64,000 nucleotides of DNA from Octopus vulgaris (lineage: Eukaryota), in assembly GCA_951406725.2 (NCBI GenBank), contig OX597822.1, forward strand, positions 64,480,001-64,544,000. Direction: 5' to 3'. Made by a program: the position numbers and the translations under genes. Shown here one piece after another: positions 13,641 through 27,494 of the stretch; within the stretch, counting starts at the first letter, position 1; every line of letters starts with the position of its first letter. The notes under the pieces are model-generated. The model worked only from the letters and a program-made list of their open reading frames with translations, had not been told where the DNA came from and searched no databases.

Positions 13641-14635
13641 ATTATAATTCTATTTCTATTAATTCATTTTAATACTTTTCTCAACAAAGGTGCTGGGTAC
13701 CCTGTCATGAGAGCATGGCTCCACATGCTGCAGGGTGGATGCATTCGCTCATTTTCTAATCTTCGTTATAATTTTCTATTTTATTATGAGCCATTGTAAC
13801 TAAAGTTCTCTTACAATTAATGTTTTCATTTATTTAGATAAATACTTATTCGTATTTTAATTCAGTCATCAAGCACGAAAAATAATTAAAAAATTATTTA
13901 ACAAAAGTATTAAATAAAATGAAAAATTGTTAATCAGGTAAAATTATAAATTATTAATTGTCACTTACTTTAATTGCATTGCCTGGGGAAAAAGTGGATT
14001 ACAATAAAAAATGCGGACACATGAAGGTTAATACTCCCGTATCTGTACGGAAAGGGTATTCAGAGGAATTTACCTCCCCCGATACTTCATATCATATAGG
14101 CTATGTAGCCCCTCGCCAAGAAGAAGTATTTCATATGGTATACTACCCCACCAAGCAAAGATTCTAATTAGGAAGAATACCCCACTTTCCGGAAAAATAT
14201 CACTGTACCCTGCCCTAAGTCTCAACTCTACCATAAAGGTATCGATTGAACTTTCCTTTTTGAGATTTCCAGAAGACCAGTTATGTGGTGTCTTTATCAA
14301 TGAATTATAGCGTGCTAGTTTTTTTTTTTATTAAAAAGATGAGCAGAAAAGGAATTTCAGTTGAATATTACTTAATATTTTAACTATAGCTGCAATATTT
14401 TAAGTATAAATATACTTGTCCTGTACTTTTCCAGGTTTAATAACCTAAGAATATTAATCTGCATGTGTCTGCACTTTTAGTAGCTCTTAAAAACCTTGTA
14501 ATCGAAAAATATTCTTAATGAAGCAATTGAATTTTATTTATTTTTTGCAAACAGTTAGCCTTAAATTTATCATCTGAGTTAATTTTTTAATCATAGAGTT
14601 GCTAATAAAAGCTATTATTTTTAATTATTAAATCT

Positions 14636-14937
14636 TCTTCTTAATCTTTTTTGCCCCTTGTTTCCCGGTTTCATTGGCGTATAGGGCCGGTTTCTCAGTT
14701 TCATTGGCGTATAGGTTTCCCACCTGGACGGGACGCCGGTCCGTCGCAGGTGAGCTGCAAGTTGCAGGAGGAAAGAGTGAGAAAAAGTTGTGGCGAAAAA
14801 GTCAGCAGAAATTCGCCATTACCTTCTGCCGGAGCCGCGTGGAGCTTAGGTGTTTCGCTCATAAACACACACAGAGCTCGGTCAGAGATTCGAACCCATG
14901 ATCCCTCGACCGCTGCTCTAACCACTGTGCCTCCACA
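14636..14937 (-). mobile_element. SINE family E
   Basis: tRNA-like head (tgtggaggcacagtggttagagcagcgg...gggttcgaatctc); body matches 42501-42790. Confidence 0.8.
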
Positions 14938-15119
14938 GTTATTAAGTCTAAATATATTTTTAAATTTTTACCACAGCTGCAATATTTTAAATATCAATAA
15001 GCTTGTCCTGTACTTTTCTAGGAGTAACTTGTCCTGTACTTTTCCAGGTTTAATAACTTGAGAATATTAACCTAAATGTGTTCGCATTTTTCATTGTAAT
15101 CTATATATTTCAAATGTAC

Positions 15120-15293
15120 TAACAACGAAAGACAAAAACAGGCGAAGGAACAACAAGCAGATGTATTAGTTTGATGTTCAGGAGGAAGTCTTTGACGTTT
15201 CGAGCCTACGCTCTTCGACAAAACGGAATGTTGGGGTAAAAAAAAGAATAGAGATAAAGAAAAAACAGAGAGAGAAAAAATGTGTTGGGATTA

Positions 15294-15295
<2 letters not shown>
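15120..15295 (-). mobile_element. family D2-like element with a degenerate hammerhead motif
   Basis: Minus strand: TTGTCGA A GAGC gtag GCTC GAAAC GTC AAAG. Confidence 0.65.
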
Positions 15296-15328
<33 letters not shown>

Positions 15329-15410
15329 AAAGCAATGTGAAGCAAGGGCCAAAGGTTTCGCATATGCACAATATGTGTGTGCGTACCTATCTATATATGA
15401 ATATTATACA

Positions 15411-15782
15411 TGGGCGCAGGAGTGGCTGTGTGGTAAGTAGCTTGCTTAGCAACTACATGGTTCTGGGTTCAGTTCCATTGTGTGGCATCTTAGGCAAGTG
15501 TCTTCTACTATAGCCTCGGGCCGACCAATAGCCTTGTGAGTGGATTTGGTAGACGGAAACTGAAAGAAGCCCGTCGTATATATATATATATATATATATA
15601 TATGTGCGTGTGCGTGTTTGTGCACCGATGCAGGTGTGTTCACGTCCCCGTAACATAGCGGTTCGGTAGAATAAGCACTAGGCTTACAAAGAATCCTGGG
15701 GTTGATTTGCTCGACTAAAGGCGGTACTCCAGCATGGCCGCAGGCAAATGACTGAAACAAGTAAAAGAATAAAAGAATAAAG
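15411..15782 (+). mobile_element. SINE family A
   Basis: Full head, internal (TA)/(TG) tract, 3' body and aaaagaat tail. Confidence 0.85.
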
Positions 15783-16500
15783 CACATAGTCTGATCATAT
15801 ACATTAATAATACCCAGATCCCAAGTTTAAACAGTGTATCTCCATTCCTTGTTCACCGAAGATGACACAACTCCTAACCAGATATTTAATATCAAAGCAT
15901 GTTGTGGATACAAGGGTGTTTGATACACCCCGATGCACAAGCACATGTGTACACAGACGTATACATACCGATACACACACACACATACTGAACACAAACT
16001 CGCAAACTCATGCAAAGATTTGCACGTCAGCGCATTCATTTGAAGGTATGCTGTTTCTGCATATGACCCTATCAAAGGAAGGTCATGCGCACATTTCGTT
16101 GCGTTGACACATCTCAACAATATCATTATAACGTGAAACATTGAAAATCCCTTCCTACTAAGATGTAATCAAACAGCTAATATCTTTAGCTAATCTTTAA
16201 AGATAGCATGGCTAAATAATGCCATGTCGATTTAGGTGGATAATAATGCTAGCTTTCTTCTTCTAAGACGAAAAGGTAAACATCAATAGTTGGTGACCAT
16301 TTACAGTTCGTCCCGCGAGTCATTAACGATACGATCGGATGCGAATTGATGTAACGCAAGATGGCATTCGTTAAACCTCTCTACGTAAATGATCACTCGT
16401 TTTCTACCCACTGATACCGCTTGTTTGTCTGTGTGTCGGATTGACTGACAAACACTTCGCAGCAAATAATGTTATATATATACTCGTACATGTACGTGTG

Positions 16501-16566
<66 letters not shown>

Positions 16567-16711
16567 CACATACACATATACATATATATATATACAATAT
16601 ACATATACATAAATATACATCTATATACATTTGTATATAGATATACACACATATACATACATACATACATACATATATATATATATACATACATAAAACC
16701 ATACATACATA

Positions 16712-16752
<41 letters not shown>

Positions 16753-16840
16753 AGTATACATATATATATATACTATAGAGTATGTAAGTGTATATATGTA
16801 TATACAAATACATATATAGTATATCTATATAAATATATAC

Positions 16841-16880
<40 letters not shown>

Positions 16881-16966
16881 AGTATACATATATATATACT
16901 ATAGAGTATGTAATAGTATATATGTATATACATATACATATATAGTATATCTATATAAATATATAC

Positions 16967-17024
<58 letters not shown>

Positions 17025-17649
17025 GCACATATGTATGTATGTATTTGTATAAGCACACTTACATAGATCATTGTCACTGACCAAGTTCAGATACGACGAA
17101 AGATATGAAATAACCACAAGAAACCGTCATCTTTTAAAGAGAGCTAAGAAACCGTAAGATTCTTGTCATCAACATTTCGGCCTCTTTCTCCCACCGCTCT
17201 TTCAGGGTCACCGTTAAACAACCGTTGCGAAAAGGGGTTGTGAATAACAGGAGGTTTATCTGACATTTGTAAACCTTCATTACAGCATGGCTTTTGATTT
17301 CGTTTCGTGGTTATACACGTGATATGTGCACAGTTTTAAGTTTTCAATAAGTGTCCTTGTGTTATCCTTTGAAAAACGAGATATAATTCAATGATACAGA
17401 AACACATATTTGTGCTCACTTAAACACATACACGTACACACGCTGACACACATTCTCTCTTTCACATACGTTTACGCTCTCTCTTTCTCTTTCTCATACA
17501 CACACACGCACACACGTTTACCCATAAATATAGATTCACACAATAGTTCGCACATGCGCACAGATACACACACATGCATGTGCATCTATTAGAATTTAAA
17601 TTGCGCATAAATGAAATAACATACAAATACACTCACACGTGTATGCTCA

Positions 17650-17729
<80 letters not shown>

Positions 17730-17759
17730 GGTCTGTCTGTCTGTCAATCTATCTATCTA

Positions 17760-18157
17760 TACTCTTTTACTCTTTACCCTTTTACTTGTTTCAGTCATTT
17801 GACTGCGGCCATGCTGGAGCAACTCGACCCCGGCACTTATTCTTTGTAAGCCCAGTACTTATTCTATCGGTCTCTTTTGCCGAACCGCTAAGTGACGGGG
17901 ACATAAACACACCAGCATCGGTTGTCAAGCAATGCTAGGGGGACAAACACAGACACACAAACACACACGTACATACATATATATATACATATATACGACG
18001 GGCTTCTTTCAGTTTCCGTCTACCAAATCCACTCACAAGGCTTTGGTCGGCCCGAGGCTATAGTAGAAGACACTTGCCCAAGGTGCCACGCAGTGGGACT
18101 GAACTCGGAACCATGTGGTTGGTAAACAAGCTACTTACCACACAGCCACTCCTGCGC

Positions 18158-18160
<3 letters not shown>
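17760..18160 (-). mobile_element. SINE family A, full length
   Basis: Reverse-complement match to family A, embedded in (TATC)n. Confidence 0.85.
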
Positions 18161-18219
<59 letters not shown>

Positions 18220-18267
18220 GCGTTTGTGTGTGTGTGTGTGTGTGTATGTGTGTATGTGTGTGTATAT

Positions 18268-18298
<31 letters not shown>

Positions 18299-19867
18299 CA
18301 TACATACTTACATGTATGCATACGCACCGAAGAATTGCCGGTACAGATTTTGTTCGTCGCAGACGATTTTGCCAGATCAACACCTTAATAAAAATAATTA
18401 TGGTTCCAAATTTTAACAGAAAAGCACCAATATTAGGGTGTGAAGGGGACAGTGAATTACATCGATCTCAGCCCTTGGTAAGTACTTTATTCTATCGAAC
18501 CCAAAATGATGAAATGCAAAGTTGATCTCAACTGTGTTTGAACACAGAACAAATAAAACAAGAGCCGGAACAAAGACACAAAGCATTTAATCGATTCTCT
18601 AACGGTTCTGTCAGTGTTAGCAATAACTAATCTTTTATATTTTATTTGATTCAGTCATTAGACTGAGGCCATGCTGGGGCACAGTCTTGGAGTATTTATA
18701 TATTTTCTTCTAATGGTAGATTGGCACAAACGGCAAAAATCCGGGCAAAATAATTTCCAGTATTTAGTTAAGAGATTTGAAGTTTACGCATCCTAGGCCT
18801 TGTCGGCTTATTGACTTTGCCTTTCATCCCTCTGCGACTCAATCGACTATATGCATTCTACCAATATTTAGAAATGTGCTAATGTAAAATAATCATTTTG
18901 GTTTTGTAGTTCTTGCTGTTGTTGTTGCTATTGTCAACGTTGTTGCTTTTATTGTTTCTGCTATTTACCCAGTCATTTAAAAATTAATCAAAGTTCGTTT
19001 AAGCAACGAACATTGTAAATTAATACCATTTGATTAAAAATAATTATTTTTGGTTTCAAATTCTTGAAGTCTCCCATTTATAGTTTTAAACGATTAATCT
19101 GCTTTCTCTATTAGCTTCTTAATTACTGTGTTTATCAATTATTGAGCTTTCTCTCCAAGTTCTCGTTGATGATGCTTATCTTTTAAAGAACTAATCATCC
19201 ACCTACAGAGAATCTAAGTTTCAATTCCCAGTAATCATAAATAATAACAGCATTTTTAAGTCGAACGCTGCCAGTTGAACTTGAAATTCAATCTACACCA
19301 AATTTAGATCTTAACCTAAATTTAATGCAAAGAAATTATTTGAAAACGGTTTTGTGGAAATATATTGTTTTTAATATCGCCTTTGAGACCATTCTTTTAA
19401 TTTATTTTCCGGTTATTCTTGAGTGATATTTCGGAATTCTTAAACACCTTTTGTGCTAATGTTATTATTTTTCTTTGTTTAACTACATGTCGCAAAGAAG
19501 GGAGGCGAGGTTTATGCTTTTAGCATGTTCTTCCACAGACGTTGACGTCAAGGCTTCCGATGTTGGAAGGTTGATAACGTTAGGGTGAAATGATGGTTTG
19601 AAGGAAGCTCTCGGATGTAAAGATTTGGTGAAATATTCTCTTTAGGAATTTTAATGGTTGGGAGTGGCGGCAGTGAGAGTAAATAGAGATGACAACAGTA
19701 GGAAAAGTGGATGCATCAGAGAGACCTTGGTGGACGTGGTACACAGCTTGTATTTCTGAGAAGCCTTAATAGTTATAGTAACTACAGAGACAGAGAACAT
19801 TGGCTATAGGTGGGATATTAAGTGTACTTGACTTGTATTTCAGAGAGGCCGAAATCGTTGTAATAAT

Positions 19868-19923
<56 letters not shown>

Positions 19924-20109
19924 CTGTAAGTTTGTTGACCAGTGAATGCTTGGTCAATCAATGTGATAACTTTCTTGATCTAACACGTTTGTCAATGTAT
20001 CCGTCACTCCGTCCCAGATATACGAGAGTCATCATTCTAGTGGAAGTCATATAATACGTGGTTTGGAGAGATTTCAGGGTCACCGTTAAACAAACGTTGC
20101 GAAGGGATT

Positions 20110-20311
20110 AGTATTTTACTATTTTACTTGTTTCAGTCATTTGACTGTGGCTATGCTGGAGCACCGCCTTTAGTCGAGCAAATCGATCCCAGGACTTGTT
20201 CTTTGTAAGCCTAGTACTAATTCTATCGGATTCTTTTGCCGAACCGCTAAGTTACGAGGACGTAAACACACCAGCATCGGTTGTCAAGCGATGTTGGGGG
20301 GACAAGCACAG

Positions 20312-20388
<77 letters not shown>

Positions 20389-20730
20389 TATGTATATATA
20401 TATATATAAAGAGAAAGTTTACGAAAATAAACAAAAGACGAAGGCAGGTGGTGTACAAACAAACAGATGTATTAGTATAGCGCTCAGGAATAGAAAAAGT
20501 CTTTTACGTTTTGAGCCTACGCTATTCTACAGAAAGATACACAGAAAAAAACAAGGAGAGAAAAGAAATGTGTGTAGTAGCTAACGATACGACGGGCGCC
20601 TTTCAGTTTTTGTCTACCAAATCTACTCGCAAGGCTTTGGTCGGCCTGAGGGTATAGTAGAAGACACTTGCCCAAGGTGCCACGCTGTGGGACTGACCTC
20701 GGAACCATGTGGTTGGTAAGCAAGCTGCTT
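20110..20730 (-). mobile_element. SINE family A carrying a nested D2 element (~20410-20585)
   Basis: SINE halves are separated by (TA)n plus D2 sequence (minus strand CTTT CTGTAGA ATAGC gtag GCTC AAAAC GTA AAAG). Confidence 0.8.
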
Positions 20731-20734
20731 CATT

Positions 20735-21822
20735 TTATATCATCAGAACCCGACTATCAAGATTATTTTCCACATACTCATCAATCGCCCCTCCCTTGCG
20801 ATAGAGGAATACAAATTGCTCATCACTTTCATTGAGAGGGAACTGAACTACCTCGCTCGGTGGCACACATCCCACCGACAAGGTTTCCTTCTCCCCCTCC
20901 AGTGGCACACATCCCACCGAAGGGATTTCGGGACATGCCGTCGCCGGCAATGCCCCGTTTTTCTTTTTTTCTTCTTTCTTTTCCCCTTTACGACGGGAGG
21001 GTGGAGTTTGGAGGTCCCTCTTCTCCTCCCGCCACCTCAGGGTCCAGCGATGAGCAGCCGTTGTTGCCCACCTTCTTTCTTTTAGTACCTTTTCTTGAGG
21101 AGGTTACCTCCTTCTCGACTTTTTCCCTTTCTCCCTCAAATGAACGAGCAGGAGGCTCCGTTGGAGGAACAGGGGGTTACAGTCATCAACTGTTCCAGCA
21201 CCTTCGCCTGGTCTCGGCAACAGTTCAGCTTCATGTGCCCTGATTTCAGGCACAGGTGACACTTGGGGGAGGGGGCGTCCCTCAATGATCACCGGGTGCC
21301 TGCGATCGGCCATTGTCAAGAAATTTGGTAAATCCAGATCTTCGGCAGATTGGACCCATAGGGTCAAAATTGCTTTTGACCCGACCCAATCGACCGCAGG
21401 CAGTATTTTTACATTCAAGAGCATGGGAGGGCCACCATTCAGGCCTCGACGGATAGAATCTTGTATCCATTCAGACTCTATACCGGGCGGTAGCCCACAC
21501 ACCCAGGCATTTGTCAATTTACGCCCAACATAAGTGGGGAGAAACAAAATCTTCCTCCCATCTACAGTTTGGCTCGCAAATTTCTGAGCCTCCGTAGGGG
21601 TGTCGAAAAGCACGCACACCGTTGCGTACTTTGCACCCCTACGGATGAACCTATAAGTTGGCTCAAATCCCGCCAACTCTTCTTCAATTTCACTCTGACA
21701 CAGGTGGTGTCACGGACCTTGCAATAAGTCCGCAACACCACCGTTCTCTCATCATAGTTTTTTAGCCACTCCTTGGGGGCTACAATTCGCCACTCCAAGG
21801 CTTTCTTACATGTGCTTGCCAT
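20735..21822 (-). pseudogene. frameshifted L1/Tx1-type LINE ORF1 (RRM-like region plus CCHC zinc knuckle)
   Basis: ATG at 21822 (MASTCKK..ERTVVL), RRM-like region 21676-21280, ...VIIEGRP, then a shifted frame PKCHLCLKSGHMKLNC (CX2CX4HX4C), followed by a P/K/E-rich tail. Confidence 0.7.
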
Positions 21823-22329
21823 TAATAGAATAAACTAAAATATAAAAGTCGACAACAAAATCAAAAATGTTCAAATACTGATTGGTATAACTTATCTTCC
21901 TCAATGGAGGAGGTAAAATAAATAAATAAATAAAATGACACAAAGTCGGCCTCGGCATGATTCGAACCCTGAACGCAAAATAAGAAAACTAAATGCCGTA
22001 AACCATTATGTACCATTATCGATTCTGTCATCTTGCGAAGGCTTTTAGTAAACAGCAGTAACAATAATAAAAGTTAATATTGTTTGTGAAAGCGGAGAAC
22101 GAGCGCAAATAAACTTTACAGCAAGAAGTATTTCTTAAGACAACAATGGCTGAGTAATAACACTTAAGAAGCCAAAACAACAACAACAGCAAAAGGGGCA
22201 GTATTAGTAGTAGTAGTAAAATCAAGGGAGGTTCTTTCTGATTCAATTTTCTTTTCTCTCTTCTTCCCATGCAACACTTTTCTCTCCCCCGAGAGAACCG
22301 TCTAACTCTACCCACGCACGTTAAGAAGA

Positions 22330-22488
<159 letters not shown>

Positions 22489-23459
22489 ATAAAAAGTTAT
22501 GTTACGATTGGCAACAGAAGAAAGGGTCATTTAGTAGACATATTCTACACGTTGAGAGTTGAGGGGTTTGAAAACCCTATTTTTACACATCGTCGATTGA
22601 AAAACCCCCCAACTAAAACACAAAACGAGCAAAAACTGTACTCTTATCAACTGCAACGACAAATCCTGACCGAGCTGATATAATCGACTAAGATTTGAAC
22701 AGTGACTCGGTTCTAATTAGTTACTGAATTAGATTATAATTATTATTAGTTTTTCTTCTGTTCCTTTTATTTTCTAGATTAGAACTAATTAGTTCTAAAT
22801 TTGGGTGGTTTGGTGGGTTTTGGTTTGTTGTTGTTGTTGTGCCTTTCTTTAATGTCACTTCCCTCACCGTATAGTTTTTTTGTGTTTTTTTTTTTTTTGG
22901 CGAAATGAAAACCTTGAGGTCGACTCACAATTACTTTCAGAAAAACACCTGCGTAAACACGCACAGATATATAAAAGCACTCAGACTGACACGCATTTCT
23001 ATAACGTACACGTATATAGATATATACAAGTGAAGCATATACGCGCACATACATCCGTACTTCCAAGCACATCCTTACACTCACGTACATACATTTACAC
23101 ACACACACACATATACACACACATGCACTTACATGGTCAGACACAAACAAAAAAAAACATCTTATAAGCATGCCAACTTATAATCATACATTCATATTCA
23201 TAGCCTGCAGGAAAACGAAGGCACATACAAATACACACATGCATTGACAGACATATACACACATGCATCATGCAAATTTAAACATGTATGCGCATTTACA
23301 GATAAATATACATGCCATACACAAATACATGCATATTAACAAACATAGACACACAGACACAGGTGGATTTAGGTATATTTTCAATCACACACATAAAGGA
23401 ACTGATTGAACTTAACCTCACCAACCCTTACTCATAAGAATCACATGTGCAAGACAAAT

Positions 23460-23646
23460 TTCAGTCATTTAACGGCGGCCATGCTGGAGCACCGCCTTTA
23501 GTCGAGCAAATCGACCCCCAGGACTTATTCTTTTGTAAGCCCAGTACTTATTCTACTGGTCTCTTTCGCCGAACCGCTAAGTTACGGGGACGTAAGCACA
23601 GCCGCATCGGTTGTCGAGCGATGTTGGGGGGCCAAACACAGACACA

Positions 23647-23698
<52 letters not shown>

Positions 23699-23880
23699 CA
23701 CATACACACACACATATATATACAACGGGATTCTGTCAGTTTCCGTCTACCAAATCCACTCAAGGCTTTGGTCGGCCCGAGACTATAGTAGAAGACACCT
23801 GCCCAAGGTGCCACGCAGTGGGACTGAACCCGGAACCATGTGGTTGGTAAGCAAACCACTTACCTCTCAGCCACTCCTAC
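23460..23880 (-). mobile_element. SINE family A
   Basis: Family A match with an internal (CA)n tract. Confidence 0.85.
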
Positions 23881-23999
23881 GTCTTAGTTCACAAAAGTTA
23901 ACTCCCTTTATTTCAGTCGGAGGAAAGGTGCCTTCAAAAGGCTTCCACACAGTTTCTGTCGACTAAGTTTCACTCAAACGTGCTTTGGTTGACATTGCT

Positions 24000-24322
24000 G
24001 GAGAACTCCGTCGGTTGCGACGACGAGGGTCCCAGCTGATCCGATCAACGGAACAGCTTGCTCGTGAAGTTAACGTGCAAGTGGCTGAGTACTCCACAGA
24101 CACGCCGTACCCTTAACGTAGTTCTCCGGGAGATTCAGCGTGACACAGAGTGTGACAAGGCTGGCCCTTTAAATTACGGGTAAAACTCATTTTTGCCAGC
24201 TGAGTGAATTGGAGCAACGTGAAATAAAGTGTTTTGCTCAGGGACTGGCCGCGTCGCCGGGAATTGAACTCGCGATCTTACGATCGTGAGCCGAATGCCC
24301 TTACCACTAAGCCACGCGCCTT
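24000..24322 (-). mobile_element. tRNA-headed SINE, family C
   Basis: Head ggcgcgtggcttagtggtaagggcattcggctcacg...gagttcaattcccggc; CORE-like ctgagcaaaacactttatttcac; homologs at 30720, 35630, 41735, 61920. Confidence 0.8.
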
Positions 24323-24609
24323 CACTGGTTGACATTACGATCTGGCAAAAGACATTTGTTCAAGGTGACTCGTGCCAAAATTGATCTTCGAACCATGTCG
24401 TTGCTATACATCGTAACACAGGTATCTAATCTAAGATGATAAGGGAAAATAGCAAAAATGTCACAGCTTCCTATATCTCTATGTAACGAATCTGCGAAGT
24501 ATACGGCCATTTTTAACTCGAGTTTTCTGTTAGAAAACATTTGAAGAATGTGACGGGCACTGGAATCGATCTTGAATAAGCACGTTGTTACTATGTGTGG
24601 TAACTTTCT

Positions 24610-24890
24610 TCGTCTTCTTCCCGCCCCTCTTCCTTCTTCCTCTTCTTCTTTCCCTTCTTCTTCTTCTTCTTCTTCTTCTTCTTCTTCTTCTTCTTCTTCT
24701 TCTTCTTCTTCTTCTTCTTCTTCTTCTTCTTCTTCTTCTTCTTCATCATCATTTCATCGCCTTCTTGTTGTTCTTCTTCTCGTCTCCTCCTCCTCCTCCT
24801 CCTCTTCCTCTTCCTCTTCCTCCTCCTCCCCTTACCCTCCTTCTTCCCTCCTACCCTTCCCCTCCTTCTCCCCTTCTCAACCCCCCCATC
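24610..24890. repeat. (CTT)n/(CCT)n polypyrimidine tract
   Basis: Directly visible. Confidence 0.95.
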
Positions 24891-25402
24891 ATCGTATGTG
24901 TATGTGTATATGTGTGCCCATGTATGTCTTACACACACAAACATATTCACAGTACAAATTCACTCAGACTCACATGGTAATAGCAAAGCCTTCACTTTGC
25001 TTAGGCCTGTATGTGTTTATAACATTTCCGAAATTGTTTTAGAGCACAGGTTAGCGTTAATTTATACGCTGCATGGTGAGTTATATAATGGCCGCCGCTC
25101 GGTAATTACTTGCATGACACCAATAGATTATTTATTCAGGAATATTGGGACATTTACCATGAGAGCAAGAATGAATGGATCGAGAGAAATCGGTATTCAC
25201 CAGTTGTCAGCCCTGCATGTTTCTCTGTAAGGGTTTCAACCCTTGGAAATTGATTTACAGGAAGATTAGAAATATTCCTGATATAAATTTAATTAACTAA
25301 CTATTTAATTACTTAACTAATATGTTCGTTGATGTGTTAAACAATTTCCCTCACACACAGCACATACATATGAATACTTACACGTGTATGTATGAATATA
25401 TG

Positions 25403-25474
<72 letters not shown>

Positions 25475-26504
25475 CATGTACGTAAGCATGTATCAATATA
25501 CATACATATACGTATATATATATATTTGTGTGTATATATATATATATATATATGTTTATATGTATGAGCAGAATGAATGTAACGTGACGCATATCAAAGT
25601 GTCGCTATGCGAATATTGAATATATATATTATGTACAAAATGAACAGCATTTTGGAACACTTTTACGCAATATGCTAACCGTCCATAGACATGCAAACGA
25701 AGTATGTAGAACAATTGAGTTACGTATCATAATGTCCATCTGAAGGTATTAACGAACTAAGACAAATATACCAACATAAATACATGCATCCATTAACGTA
25801 TTTCCATCGGATCTGATAGCCACAACTCGTTTATTTGAGAATCCTTTGATGTCTGTACACCACAATTCTCGACATATAGTTTCTAGTTGAAAGCCAGGAG
25901 AAACTTTGTGCGCATGCTCTTGGTAGTACTCAGTGTAGTTCTCGTCTGTTTTTTTTTTCAATCCCCCATCGGGAGTGAGACCAACAAACTGACAGGCAAA
26001 ATTGCGATGACTTCAGCTTCTGAATGTTTAATGTCCCTCCTCTTCATAATATTGTCCAGCTGATCTTTGAACCTTTTGCATTCAGATTATTCTATCAAAT
26101 ACAAAGCCTTTTCATCCACATTGATTTTAATTAACCATGTAATATCTCATAGCTTTGGAATTTGGATGATGTGATTGTATATTTTTAGAATGACATTGAA
26201 TGGTAGGTCTAATAGGCTAGGACTGGCTGGTTTGAACATATAACAGGTCGCACATTTGGGCCAGATATGGCCGGTTTAAATGGTAAACGGTACTACTATC
26301 TGTAAATTCTCCAGCCAGGCTTAAACCATGTTGTATCCGACTGTGGGGTATCTTATGAGTAAGATACTCCACAGTTAGTTAGACATGCACGCTATACATT
26401 GAGCCATTTCATATGATAACTGTATAGCTTGGGTTCAATACTGCTGATATTGGTTCGATGAATGATTTCTGTGCCACCAGATGGAAAGGACCTTCTGCGG
26501 ATGC

Positions 26505-26808
26505 CCTGGATGTTAAATACCCTTAGGAGTCATAAATATGTGCTCCTTGCTGGACATCCATACTAGAATAGCCTGGATGTTAAAAGCTCTTACGAGTCAT
26601 AAATATGTACTCCATGCTAGGCATCCATACTGTGATAGCCTGGATGTTAAAAGCTCTTACGAGTCATAAATATGTGCTCCTTGCTGGGCATCCATACTAG
26701 GGCAGCCTGGATGTTAAAAGCTCTTATGAGTCATAAAAATGTGCTCCTTGCTGGATATCCATACTGTGATAGCCTGGATGTTAAAAGCTCTTATGAGTCA
26801 TAATATGT
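26505..26808. repeat. 67-bp minisatellite, ~4.5 copies
   Basis: ctggatgttaaa recurs at 26506, 26573, 26640, 26707, 26774. Confidence 0.95.
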
Positions 26809-26959
26809 AGATAACTCCGTTGAGGAGAGATTTAGTATGGAAACTGAGGCAGCTATTTAGAATGACCGTTGAGTCTTCCAAAAGATATCTGAGGAAGTTT
26901 CATACTTCTTCTTCTGAAACTAATGCTGCCTATTTCTCTGAACTGGAAAGGTTTGTCTA

Positions 26960-27447
26960 GTTGATATTATATTAGGAATGTATAAAGTATAAATGCTAAT
27001 ACAGTTTACCATAGATAGGCAATGCACTATAACGCCCTCTCTCTTCTCAACGTACATAATCAATTATAATAATAATCTTGCGTCTGCCTCCGTCTCCACA
27101 TATGAATGAGAAAGGAAGGGGTAATAGGTGAATAAGGAAGGAAGGGGTGATGGCAAATTTGGTAGTGGGATGGTGGAAGTTCTACGGTGAAAAAAATCAC
27201 ACAACGCTTCTAATCTGCGCGCGCGCGCGTGTGTGCAATGCTAGTGGGAAGGTGAACAGTCAACGCCGAAAAGAAAAAATCAAACAGTTTTTCAAATTTG
27301 TGTGAGTATATGTGTGTATGTGTGTGCATGTACAAGGGAACTATATGAATATTTGTCTATGTGATTATTATGTACCTTATTTTGTACCTTTTTAATATAT
27401 AAAGTTCTACAATTAGCCGTCATTTTTGACGGCACGGGGCCAGCTAG
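26960..27447 (+). mobile_element. non-autonomous Helitron (5' end uncertain)
   Basis: 3' hairpin gccgtca-ttt-tgacggc (approximate loop), then ccagCTAG|T. Confidence 0.55.
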
Positions 27448-27494
27448 TATAATATAAACAACCTACATTTTCTGGATGTCAGGTTTACTTTTTT

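Noticed and set aside
13958-14310. ORF-like segment containing ISLYPAL, resembling an RT motif
   Set aside because: A single weak motif among several stops; could be an old PLE relic but cannot be supported.
24240-24322. tRNA genes at SINE heads (also 34750-34830, 35890-35970, 42505-42580)
   Set aside because: Each continues into a SINE body and lacks a clean cloverleaf.
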